Origin: Yuukianura sp. NJ FZ-2021
Taxonomy: Eukaryota
Assembly (NCBI GenBank): GCA_046563655.1
Contig: CM102285.1
Location: 10,912,001-10,976,000 of the forward strand
Length of the DNA stretch: 64,000 nucleotides
Direction of reading: 5' to 3'
The stretch's first letter is position 1; every line of letters starts with the position of its first letter. Below the pieces are notes generated by a model that ran no database searches, was not told the origin of the DNA, and worked only from the letters and a program-made list of their open reading frames with translations. A program made the position numbers and the translations under genes. Of this stretch, positions 1 through 12,590 are shown piece after piece.

Positions 1-611
1 ATCCAGCGATGGGTTCACTTCACCCGTCAAAAACTTTCACCAACGTCAACAACAGTTTCTTGGTGCTAAAAACTGAGTTTCGAAAATGAAGTTTCCAGAA
101 AATGAAAAAAAAAACTTTACTCGTGAATTTTTCGGTGAAATTTTCTCCAATTTTTTTTAGCACGCTCCGGGTTATGTTTGAAATTTTCTGAAAACTTTCT
201 ACCTGAACTTAGCTGTAGAAAACTAACGACAGAAAGGACGTTGTCACCCAAAAATCGATGAATTTTTTTTTTCTGAAATCAAACACGTTAATTGTTCTGG
301 CTAACGACCGAGCACGGTGAGTAATAGGTTTTGCAGGGTAACGACTTTCTCTTCCAATGTAAACAGAATAGTAAGATGACAAGGGTGAATTTGTGAGGTA
401 ACAAAATGAACTGGAAGCGGAGGTAATTCTAAAAGAAATTAAAAAGATAAAGGTTTTTGACCACGGAGTCAATGATCCGTGACCTTTGAACTTTTTGAAG
501 TTGTAAAACTTTTCTTTGGCAACATGACTCAAAAGCACTTCCGTTTTTATGTACTTTTTTTTTAGAATGATGATGGATATTGTAGTAAAGCCACAGGAAA
601 TAATTACTTAC

Positions 612-3600
612 GGACATTTCTGAATGTGGATGATCTATGAAGACTAGCTCCGATTCCTTTTCATCCAACAGAACAGACAGTGTGCGTTCACCAAATTCAT
701 CATCTGTAACAACAAAGAAACAAGCAAAATGATGTGAAAACGAGAAAATAGTACTCAATGGTGAAAGTAGAACCTCTGCTTTCTTCTTTGTTAAGAAACA
801 CTTTGTAGTTTTGATTTATTACATTGGAGTAACAAATTGATGCTGATAGCGCTTTTGAGGATTCTAGAAATTCAATAGCGCATGCTCAAGTGAGTAACAT
901 GATAAAAATTCAGGAGAAAGTTTACTCGCTGTTCTCAAACTTCAAACTTTTTGAAAAACTTTGTTCTAATGAGGTAAAATGGAACATAATAGGATTTAAA
1001 GTTTCCAGAAATTAATCGTTCTAAAAAGTAATAGAAACTTGTAAAAGAGGTACAGGTCTCAAAATTTTAGTTTTTGCTAGAGGCCGACTAAAAGGCTATG
1101 TGTTGACAGACATATACTTTCACTTGCTTCACTTTTTAAGTCAAATTTCAGTGAAAAGTGAAAGCAAATGAAAAGCTCACTTTTATAATTCTTAAAAACT
1201 TTCCATAATTAAAGTTTAAAGCTCTTCCATCAATTTCAAAATGGTTGAACATTGAATTACTACGTTCAAAAAAGAAGTTTTCAAAATTTCACTAACTTTC
1301 GTCATAATGAAAACCTTTTTTGTGTGTGTTGAAAAGTTGGAGAAGGTTTTTCAAGCGTAAAATTTAGATCAACTTTCTCGTCAAAGAGTCTACGAGTTGT
1401 CATTTCTTGATTATAAATTCAAAACTTTTGATAGTCTTGTAGGCACTTTCTTTTAACAATTGCAAATTTCTGAAAGGAATTCTAAATTAAAGCGGAGCAT
1501 CCAGCCGTTACTTTGTGTTTTAGTTAGTAGTTACGACTTACCACGTCCAAACTTGCAAAATCAAAATTTAGTACGAGATGGTGAGAATTTTCATTGTAAG
1601 AAAAAAGAAAGGAATAGGCTTTTGGCAATTTTAACTTCAAAGTGTTGCATGTTGGTGCTCTTCTACGCAACACTTTGGTTGGTGTAAATCTTGTCGTCAC
1701 TAGGTAATGAAATTCGGTATTTCAAGAAGGAAATGTCTCGTTCTGAATTAAGGAATTCTAAATTTTTAGAAGAAAAAAAACGTAGCGAAGATGCTCTTTC
1801 CTTTTTTTTAATGAGTTCGGCATGTCTCACTATTTCTTTTCCGTTTTTTACTTTGTCGGAGTGTTTTTTACTCTCGACCTTTATTTTAATTTAAAACGCT
1901 TTGTAATTTGAGTAAGAGAAAGTTCGTATGGGCTGATAGAGGTAATTTATAGCACAAGCGGAAGGTATTAACAGCTTCCAAATTAAAATTTATGCCTTCA
2001 GATCTTGTTCCGTTTCAAATTTCTACTTAACGTTACGCGTCGCAGCACGGGCTTACATAATTTACGTGGACTTTGATTGTAATAATATCAACATCATGCC
2101 GTACTTCTGAAGATTGCAATATCCGAAACATAACACAGCTAACCCGAACCGGCAATTTTTTAATGGATTAAAATTGGATGTTAATCAAGGTCCGTTTTTA
2201 CTTTTACCTGTTTGCTTTCTGCAAATGTGATACTAAAGGTAGAGAGTATCAGTGTATGAAAGCAAAACTGTTTAAAGTTGTTGACTTCCAAACACAATGT
2301 AAGTTAATAATTAATTCATCGGCGTTGTTAGTCTAAAGTAACAATTTCCAGGTTTTAGGCTCTGGGAAAGCCTAGTTAGTTGGGCTTATGACCATTAAAT
2401 TAATTAAAAAGCATGGAAGTGAAATTTGAGTCCAGATTAACAAAACGGGCTTTGTCATTTTGTAATGTTTGTCATTTTGAGTCGGGTATGTTCTGTGTTT
2501 GTGATAATATAAAACTGAGATGAAAGGTAGAGGATCAACTTTTTTGATGCAGTTTCTAGTTTCAAAGTAGGCAATGTTGCTTTATCTTAGCTTTGTAAAG
2601 TTCTTGTTATCTCAAACTGAAATCCAAAATCAACTTTGTCAAAATTGCCATTTTAAAAGCAATTTTCGGTGAACGTCTTTGGTTTTTGTTATCTGAAGGA
2701 TTTTGAAGAGCAACAGGTTGTTTTTTCAACAAAAAAAAAACGTCTGCTGCTACGAGATTTCCTCGAAGTTTAGAAATGTGTAGGTATGATATCTTGGCTT
2801 TGCACTGTCCGTTTTCTACTTTCACTTTTATATTTTATTCCCCATCGAAAATTGAAAAATTTCATCAAAAGATTTTTTTTCGATTAGAATTTGGTTTTAG
2901 GTTCTCATAATTGAATAAGGGAAGAGCTTTCACTTTTTTCTCTTCATTCTTCATTTTCGACTTGGGGTTGATGAAAATTGTGGATTTGCTCGTGAAAGAG
3001 AGAGAGAGAAGGTTTCTCTTTTGTGAGAAAACGGATATGGTTTTGGAACATGAATTTGAATAAGGTAATCTCCCAAGAAATTCCGCTGTGCCCCACCCAA
3101 AAACCTAAGAGAAAATTCTATTTTCCAGGCAGCCTAAATTTCTGAATTTCCTTTTGGAGAAAATAAAAATTTCTTTTCTCCTCCACAAACTTCTGATTTT
3201 TTCACCCACTCCCTCGAAAATGGAATGAGCACAAGTTGGTTTTTCCTTTGACTTGAGAATGGATTTATACACTCCAAAGTCAACTTTCTCTCCACTTTCA
3301 CAACCCATTTCCGACTCGATTCTTTTTAGCCAATAATAATTTTCTGGAAGGAGACTCGCACACACACTAATGCCTCCTCTCGGCCTATATTCTTATTTCA
3401 TTTTTTATTGATCGTTTTTGTTTCAAATGTTTTCTGTACACTTCCCATTTTGTAAAAAATGAAAACTCCCGAACGAAAAGTGTTCCTTTTTAAGGCGTGA
3501 GTTAGGAACTTGCAGGAGCTGAAAAGTTACTAAAAGCGCAGTAAGCGCACGAGTTCCGTGAATTTTGTGAATCATCCTTAAAGGAGCTGAACAAAAAGGA

Positions 3601-6600
3601 CGAAAGAAGAATTTTTTGGGGAAGTAGACACTAGCTTATTAAAAAAGTGGAACATGAATATTGTTCACTTCACTACTTTTTCTTAAAAACATCAAGTAGT
3701 TAAACATCAGATCTTAGTTCAACCTGAAGCATCACGCTCGCTCAAAGTTGAACCATTAATTTGAATCTAATGGTTTCGTTTTCAATTTTTTTATTCCCGA
3801 GGAAAATGCTTACTTAAAAATTGTATGAAGTTGAAGCAGTTCTTCGATTTTTTATAAGAACGTAAAAAAAATCGAAGAATGCTTGGGTGGAGAAAGAAAA
3901 CATTTTGATTTCCTTGTTGTTTTGATTGTTCTTTTCGAAAAAAAATTTACTTTGAAATTCAATTTTTGTTTTCTACCTCCTAAGCCTTAAAGAAACTAAG
4001 CTTTCTCTTGTTCAAAACAGCACGGAGAATAAAGTGGCTTAAAATTTCTAGAATTGCCCACCAGTAAAACACAGGAAATAGAAAATTTTCAGTTGTTTTT
4101 CCACGTGCCCGGCATTCATCGCAAAATTTGATTTGGTTACAGCTCCAGGTAGAAGCGGAACTTCAAATCTTTACAGAGTAGTACTAGTTAAAATTCAGGA
4201 AGTGTTTCATTGGAGAAAGTCCACTGGCCACTAAAGTGGTTTTCTAGTATGTTGTGACTAGAATTTTGATTAGGGGGCTTCTTCTATCTTCCGAATAGTT
4301 AGACTGGACAGAGTAACTCTTCTTTGAACCAAGGAAGTGCTAACAGAAAATGATGCTAATGAACATAGCGCTGCGTCGCAGTACTAGGGAAGTGTGCCGA
4401 GGTTTAAGAAGAAAGTTATGGAGAGAAAATGGCATGTGAAAGTGAAAGTCTGCTCAGAAAGAAAAGTTAACATGGAGAGTAGAGGTTCATGCTAAAATCT
4501 TCGTTCGTGAAAACTTTCGGGACGGTTTTTATGGGTTCACGGTGGAACTGGGCTTCACCGTGGAGGTGGACTTCCTGTCCCGTTAACCTCATTCCCCGCT
4601 TACATGTTGAACTAGACCACAGACTATTAGTAGGTAGAAGTTCTTTGCTAGATTTTAGCCTCTCGTGGGACGTGTTGTGGCCTGGGCGTTCTGATGATTG
4701 GTGTACGTGTCGATCATTTCCAGAATACAAATTGGGAATTCGGAACGGGACAGTTCAGAAAAAAAGACTTTTGGTCTTGAGCTAATGGAGCATGGAGTTT
4801 GGCCCTTAATAGTTATGAATTATAACAACAATCATTTTATTGCAGCCACAACAGGGGACGTGAAAGTTTTTCTTATGGGGCCATTAGGCGTGAAAGCATT
4901 TCTGAATTGTGAAATATCGCGGGAAAATGGGCCTCGTAAAAACTAAGTTCCTCTCCGCAGAAATGCTGAGCCTATTTCAAAGAACTCAGTTATTTTTTGG
5001 TTTTTCGGATCAATCTCAGGCGGGATTTCATTTGTGAATTTTGACCTTGACCGTGGAAATCTTTGCATCTCATCACATAACGCTTTGAACTCATTTTAGT
5101 TAGGCTAGGTTAAGATTTGAAACTTTGAAATACGGTGGACCTTACCTAAGGACACATCATAGGTATTGATGTACTCTGAAGTCATAAATTGCGACACGAG
5201 TGCTGATTTGCCCACTCCAGCAGCTCCTAAAAGTACGACTCGATATTTGATTAACTTTGTGGCTTCAAGCTCGTCTTCGGCATCAGATGAAACGGCACTG
5301 CTTCCACAGCAGGACCCTTCAAAGGGAGATCTCTCACCACTGGCATTACTCTGTCTGTAAACATCAAAAATAAGTTATGCACCGAACCGCAGGAAAGCAC
5401 CAAATTGAAATTCAGGACTTTAGTTTTTCCGGGAATCACTTCTTATTCCTTAGCCGCCCTTTGAAGAAAGTTGGTTTAGTTATGGAGGGAAAGGAGAGAA
5501 AGTTATGAAAGGAGCTTATTTACTCGGTTTATTAAAATTCAGAAGAAGGCTTTATACTACCTGCTGTTGGTAGTAGTAGAGTTCATGCTCAGATTTGATC
5601 TTGATCTTCTAGGAATCAGTGAGTCACCACAGTTCACCACCCCTTTGCTCGTTATACTAAAAGTACGCAGTCTGTAGATGTCATCTCCACTGCCCGACCG
5701 AGGATTGTAGCCACCCTCAGGCAGGCTACAGACGCGAGGACGCACATAATCAGCAACTGAAAAAAATTATGTTTGTCATTTACTCACTTTCACTGCATTT
5801 AAGCCTTAGCTTAACTTATGGTTGTTAACCCTTCCAGAATTTCATCACTCTATTAGTACGTAGATGGATGTTAAGCTTGAGTGAAAGCACATTTAAAAAA
5901 ATCCTTTTCTTTTGTTAAAAAAAAGAGAGGGACAATACGTAAGAGTTGGAGAAAGTCTTCATCCGGAAAATTTATTTTTAACAAGATTTTGTCGTTAGCA
6001 ACAGAAATCCAATAATTTTGGACAAAAGACTATGACCTAGTTTTCCTCCTCGTTTTCCGCTTCTCTTTTCTTATTTTTCGTTTCAATTCTAAAATAGAAA
6101 GTCTATGACATCCGATAAGCTTGATCTCTTTTTTCGAGTTTAGGAAAAGTTTAGTAGTTGATAAAATTCTAAAAGACGCAAAATCACTGGGAAAACAGAA
6201 TCAGGAGGAGTTGTTTTGTTAACCTATTTTGTACTATCAGTCTGGAGAAAGTTACTTTGAGAGAACCTACTGCGTAGAATAATGTTTGAAGTGCTCAAGA
6301 AAGATGAAAATATTGAAGACATGTTTTCGTAAATATGGAAAAAGGGTATTTCCAAAGCCTCGGAGAAAGGCTTAAGTGACTTGGCTCACTTTCTCCACCT
6401 GCCCAACACTTTGCCTGTCACCCAAGGAATTTGTGAAGGAGAAAATTGGCAGAAGGGGAATAGTGGTTTTGTTTTAGAAAATGAGGAAAACCATGCAGGC
6501 GTAAGATACCATAGTACTTTGTAAAAACTCGGCTGTTCCCACTCCAGTGTATGGAAATCACTTAATTTCAATCTCGCATCTTCATATAAACAGGAAAGTC

Positions 6601-9600
6601 TATGCAGGAAAGTGGAATTGGGAATGAAATCCTGCTTTCACTTTTACGAGGCCCAAATTCTATTAGACCTCGTATATCTATAGGAACACAGAGTTTCCAG
6701 GGCCTAATAGTAGTAAAAATATGTAGTAAAAAAACAGGAACTGCTGAGCCCATAGAAACGTTTTAGCATATGAACTTGAAAAGGGAGGACAGCTTGTAGA
6801 TGTTTAATTTCTTTACAATACTGTTTCACAAATTGACAGAATTCAATTTGCAGTAAATTTTGCTGGAACTGTTCAACTGACTATAGTATACTTTCTCAAT
6901 TCTCAACTTCAATTGAAGTTGGCAGGTGAAGGTCATGTCATGGGGTTGCAAAATCTTTAAAGGATTTTCAAAAAATTCAAAAAAACAAAAGCAAGAGAAC
7001 AAAGTTAAATACGGGTGAAAGTATTTCAAAATTTGAAATTCCTTGTCGAGGTTCAATCCCTGCTATTTTCTTTTTTTTTCTCCTCTGTGGTCTGGCCAAA
7101 TGAAAAGAAAAAGAGTATGTTAATTTATTACTAGAATAAAGTGAAAGTGAAATAACTTTTTCTTTTTATGAATTTGACAAATGATATTTATTGTCAAAAA
7201 GCCCTTGGCCAAAACATAAACTGAACTTTCTCAAGCCTTATTTGTTGAAAAGATGAAAGGAAAATATACTTACGATTAGTTCTAGACAACAAAAGTTATT
7301 GTTTTGCTCTGGGTCACTTGTTTGAATTTACTTCAAATTCTAACCTCTTCAGATGAAAGCTCAAATAATTCATTTGAACTTTCTCATTAGAGTGGGTGGT
7401 GAGACGGAGTCTTTAGTCCTTCCTGTTATGCTTCCTGACTTACTTCGTCTATGTCACTTTCCCGTGAATTCGAAATGTCTAGCTTATCACTCAGCTCGTT
7501 GGATATTATTAATAAAAAGCAGGAACTTCTTATCTTTCAAAAATTAACGAGAAAGTAGCTTTCTCTTTTCCATGAAAGGCTTCTGCCGAAGTCCCTTTCA
7601 CAGCTGTAGGCAAAAGAAAACCTAATCTCAAAGGTCTTATGTATCTTTCACACAGACACTCGATGATGGGGAAAGCTGGAAGTAACGCTTTCCTCGTGCA
7701 AATGAACAAAAAAGAAAAGAATATAAAGGAAAAAGAGGTCAAGAAGAAGGAGGCTTTGTGATTGGAACCGAGGGGTTTTGTTATTTTGCTCAAGAGTGTA
7801 TAAGCGTAACTAAAAGTTCCCTCTGGACTTGACTTTGACTTTCACCACAGTTTGAGAAAATGGGAAAGTCTCTTATGGCCCTTCTAGTGCTTACTTTGTA
7901 TTGTTTGTGCAAGAAGGAACACAAGAAATAATGATATCATATCCTCGTACAACGTCTTCTATTAAACTCACAAAGCGTATATTTGTTCAAGTTAATCCAA
8001 ACTTAAATTAAACTACAATCTTAAGTTAACAGAACTTAATTTAACATTCTTCTGTCAACTCAAGTTGAGTAAAAAAATGTTAGGTTCAAATTGTACATTG
8101 AAACGGGGTTATTTAAGTTTCGAGTTAATTGAAACCGAATTCGGATAATCCGAATCTAACAATTTGCATTGTAAATTGCAAAGTATTGCCAACTTTCTAC
8201 ATTGAGAAACACTTTACATAGTCTAATCAACTCAACCTTAACTAAAATGCTAAATTTTGAATTCTAAAACCGAGCTGCAATGGATTTGATTCTTAGAGTT
8301 GATTTTTTAGTCAGTCATGGTCTAATTTTTTAGGCAGTCTAGTCTCATTTGTGCTTTGCTGAATTAGATTAGTGTTGTTGGAGAAAGTGAAATTTATCAT
8401 TAAATTAGGAAAGATGGAAAAGCAGACATCGGAAGTGGAAGACATTTGGCACTGAGGCGAGAAAATTTGTGAAAGAAGAGAAAGTGGCGGTGGTGTCGAA
8501 TGTTGTGCCCCCATACTGCTTAGCTGTGCTTTTTCTCACAGTTCAGTACTACGAAAGAAAACGATAAATCCATTGGCCATTGTGTGAAGGCTGACAGTGA
8601 CAGAGTCGATGGTAGGGTTATGGGATTGGAAATCCTTCCGCTTCCTCTTCTAAGGCCAAACTGTCTGCTAGGAAGCGTTGGTCCCATTTCCACTTTCCCG
8701 ATTCCAATTTTGCACCAAAAGGAACGACTGGAAGTCCATTAGAGTAAAAGCATCTTCATCCCGGGGATTCGGGTGATGCTTACTTTACTATGGTACTACG
8801 AAGGAATCGGGATGAACCAAACAAAAAAATTGAGATCTTGAAGGGACAATAGAAACTTAACGATGCTTTACAGCCATGACCTCAACTACTTTTTGGTCTG
8901 CTGACGTATCCTGCTCGTCACTTTCCTACAAGTCTTCATTTCATACCAATTTGCGTCTGAACAGTTCCGAATTTCGTTCAAAGTCATTCATTCTTCGTTT
9001 CGAAAACTTCGTTTTTTCACGCTCTTCAAATTGAATTGGAGTTTTCGTGATCAATTTAAAATGAAAATTTTCATGGGTTTATTCAAATTGAACAGTTTTA
9101 GTGAAAGCGTAGAGAAAGTTGTCGGGCCAATTTTTTCCTGAGAAAATGGTGCATTGTTTTTATAGTCAGGATTTTTCCATGTCCAAGCCATGTCATTAGG
9201 GATATGTCACAAAAATGATTTCGGGTTTAGGCGGGGTTTGGTTTGAAGCTATATTTTGGGAGCTAAGCTCGTATGATGGACTCGACACTTTGTATAGGAC
9301 TCTGTCACTGACATTTCAAAAAATGAAGGCAATAGCTGACATCCAGAAAAATGTGTGGGAGATGTCAAGTACATGTCAAACGGCATTAGCGAAACACGGC
9401 TTTTGTACTACTCGCAATTTCAAATCAGCGGGATAGTTCCTTCGTGTTGTCAATTACAGCTTTATGTAAGGTTTCGTTAGTGTTACTATGTTAGGTTGCT
9501 AAAAATCCAGACTGCAAATTTAGTCCAATTTCGGTACCGAGGGCGCTGAAGACGAGTTTGTTTTTGTTAAAATTACTTTGAGTTTTACAAAACATGTTGA

Positions 9601-12590
9601 AAATACTTTTCCTTTAGCAGTTCCAGTGAAAGTTAGGGGAGAAAAGCTTTGGCAATGAAAAAGCAACATACTTAAATCCTCGTTACGCCAAATAATTTTG
9701 TGAAAAAAAGGATTATTGGATTGAGATATTTTTTGGAGTGGTACTTTCACCATATCCTCCTGCATGGCTCTCTTCACTTGAAAGTGTTATTTTTTCGATA
9801 AACTTGAAATTGAATAAACCCTGCTTAAAAAGGGAGAGTTTTGTGATGATATGGAAGCATCTTGAAGTGGATTGGCTTGTCACTTGACATTTTTCAGCTA
9901 CAAAACTTGAAACCCACTGGTGTGACGTAACCTATGACGGTATGCAAATGTCATGTCAACCATATGAATCCATTTTCTCTTTTTTTGAAATTCTGTGAGT
10001 TTGAACAACGTTAGCCGGTTCCTAGTCATTTCGTTACGCCGCCTGTGTAGCTCGTACCAATTCTGAAATTCTCTAGAGACCTTGAACGCAAAAAGTTATT
10101 CCAATTTCTCAGCAGCAGACGGAACAAAAAGAAACTGTTTCTTTTCTTTTCAAGAAAACGTGCTGCAATGTCATTTGTCAATAGAGCTTTGTTCAGGATG
10201 ATTATTTGGAACACCTCGCTTTTGTTGTGTACAGAGCGATTCTTCTAGACGTTGAAAGTGATTTGGAAACGCAAAATACATTGACTGAAACCTGCTGTAA
10301 AGTGAAAAATTTCCTTCCTTGGTGATTCAAAAGAAAGGTTTCTCAATTTCAGGCGTTTACAGAATCTGTAGAAGAATCTCACTGTAGTTTTACTGCCTTT
10401 CGACTTTTTGGGGATTTTACTACTTGGAAAGTGAAAGTGCTTAGGTTTGGCAGGTACAGGAAAAGGCGGAGATGCAAATGCAAATAGAAAGTCAATGACT
10501 TGAAGAAGGCAGAACCTAAAAAGCCAAAAGTAACTGGGCACAGCTTTCTCTTTGGTTTTCTCTGCCTTTCATGTTGTTTTGTGAAGGTTCCAAATGCATA
10601 AAGACTTCCCGCCTAAAGCAAAACTTTCTAAATGCTGATTTCCTGAAAATTGAATACGTTTCCAAGTCCGAGTAGCTTCCTTTAGGTTATATCACTTTCC
10701 TCCTAGGAAACTATTGCAACCAACTTTCTCCAAGATCTCAACAAGTAAATGTCCTTTTTAATCAAGACATCTCCTTGATGGACTCTAACTTAAACAAACT
10801 GACTTTATCTCAAATAGAACAAAGTTAGCTGAATGTGAATCCACTTATCTTCGCAAACAGAATTCTCGTTAAAAAATCAAAAGTAATGGGACAGTTGACT
10901 TTTTCGACAAATCAAAGGAAGCATTGAGAAATCACGGGATGTTGGAAGGAGAAATTGGATCTTGGAAAAACTAAGGGCTTGACAGCGTTGGGTTAGGTTA
11001 TGTTTGCCTTGGACTGCTGCTAATATAACTAGACTCTGGAAAGTTGTGTCTATCTTTCCAATTCCAACTGCGATGTAGAAATGGTTTTGTTAGCAGTTTA
11101 CCCAGTAGGTGATGATTGCTAACAAGGTTTCCGACAGGAGCAGACAGGATTGTTAGGTCAGGACTTGTCACCTAACGTAATCCTAAAATGTAGAAACAGG
11201 AAGCAAACACATGTCAAAATCTTTTTTTTTTTCGTTTTGACACAAACTACCTTTCCAAATTGACTTTTCCCAAAGGAGGAGCGGCGTATATGATCAATTT
11301 GCGTTTGTTACTAAGCAACGTTTCGGGCTTAGTTATATTTCAGAAGTGCTTTAGAGACTTAAAACGTTCATACAACAAAATCACTTTGTATGTACTAATT
11401 CAACAGTTACATTTGTTCATAACTTTCTCTTTTCTTTGTCCAAAAATCTTATATTTTCTTTTCAAGTTATGGTCCGTAAGGAAAGCTTAGGGAGAAAGAC
11501 ATTACATTTTCCAGTTCCTTTGAGTACTTAACGAACCGCTCGGTGATTCCAGGTAAAAGTACGACAGAATGTTATTTCAGAAGAGTTTCATTTTCTCTTT
11601 TTCATGCCAAAGTAAATCCATTGCATGACGAAATGACTACTATGTAGAACTTATCTTTTCCAAGAATCCAAAGAAGTGAGACAAAGATTCGTTTTGTAAA
11701 TTAAGCTAAAGATTCGAGACACTTTGTGCTCTGCTCAGAAGTTCTCTAGGTATTCCCATGTCCAGCTGCAGCTCCTTGTTCTTATTAATATTTTAGCATT
11801 AAATTTTCTCTTGAAAAATTACTATTAAGTAACAGTGAGGAGGACTTTTATTTCAAAAGGAAATGCAGCACTTTCGAGCGCATTGAATTATGAGCTTCAA
11901 AGAGAACCACGGCAAAAAGGCGGTTTGGAGGTTCAGTAGGAAATGGAAAGTGGGAAAATAACAAGACGCTTTTCTTCCTTATCAAAACGAGTTGCACAAA
12001 TGAAAGAAAGTAAAGTATCCTGCTCCTCAGAAACTCCTTGAGTTCAATAGCCTCCAACTTTTTGGAAAAGTGAGTTTTGAATAAAACTCCCTTCCAATTA
12101 CTATTGAAATCTAAAGGTGAAAGCTGTTCTGAAGCCTTTTCTGAATCAAATCTTTGAAAAACTTTAATTGCGATATTTTTGACATATAATTCTTACCTGG
12201 TAGTTCCAAAAAATTTGACTGTCGACGATTTCGGTAGCGTTGAGAAGCTCTAGGGCTGGAGATTGGACTTGTATCTCTTTCAGTAGCTGGAGTTCCGCTT
12301 GTTCCTTGTGAATCGCGTGAACTTCTTCTCGAGGCGAGAAATGCCAATTTGCCACGCGGACTGATACAGGGTGACGTGGGCCTAGACGCAAGTGAGGCCG
12401 TAGGTGATGACTGTACAGGTGAATAAGCAGTGTTTGAATTTCCACAAACTGCTGTGGAAGCTGTGGTTCCGCTGGATCTGGTTACAACGGAACAAATGTC
12501 CGTGTCGGTGTTGCATTCGGAACTGCCAGAAGCTCCTGACGATGACCAATGCAGAGGGGCTGGACGTCGTCGTCTTCGTCTCGTGCTCAT
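612..12590 (-). CDS. Rgk: RGK-family (Rad/Rem/Gem/Kir) small GTPase, arthropod Rgk-like; 3' part continues beyond the left edge of the window
   Basis: In-frame GT-AG exons 12197-12590 (Ser-rich MSTRRRRRR...RQSNFLELP), 5561-5756 (VRPRVCSLPE...YRLRTFSITSKGVVNCGDS), 5146-5354 (YRVVLLGAAGVGKSALVSQFMTSEY, P-loop) and 612-703 (DDEFGERTLSVLLDEKESELVFIDHPHSEMS, with the RGK-type non-canonical G3). Confidence 0.88.

Noticed and set aside
3840..3879. 15-bp inverted repeat TTCTTCGATTTTTTT / AAAAAAATCGAAGAA
   Set aside because: Half of it is homopolymer, and no second copy or target-site duplication was seen to support a MITE.
4467..4946. Overlapping short ORFs inside an RGK intron
   Set aside because: No recognisable domain and no frame-consistent splice sites linking them to the gene.
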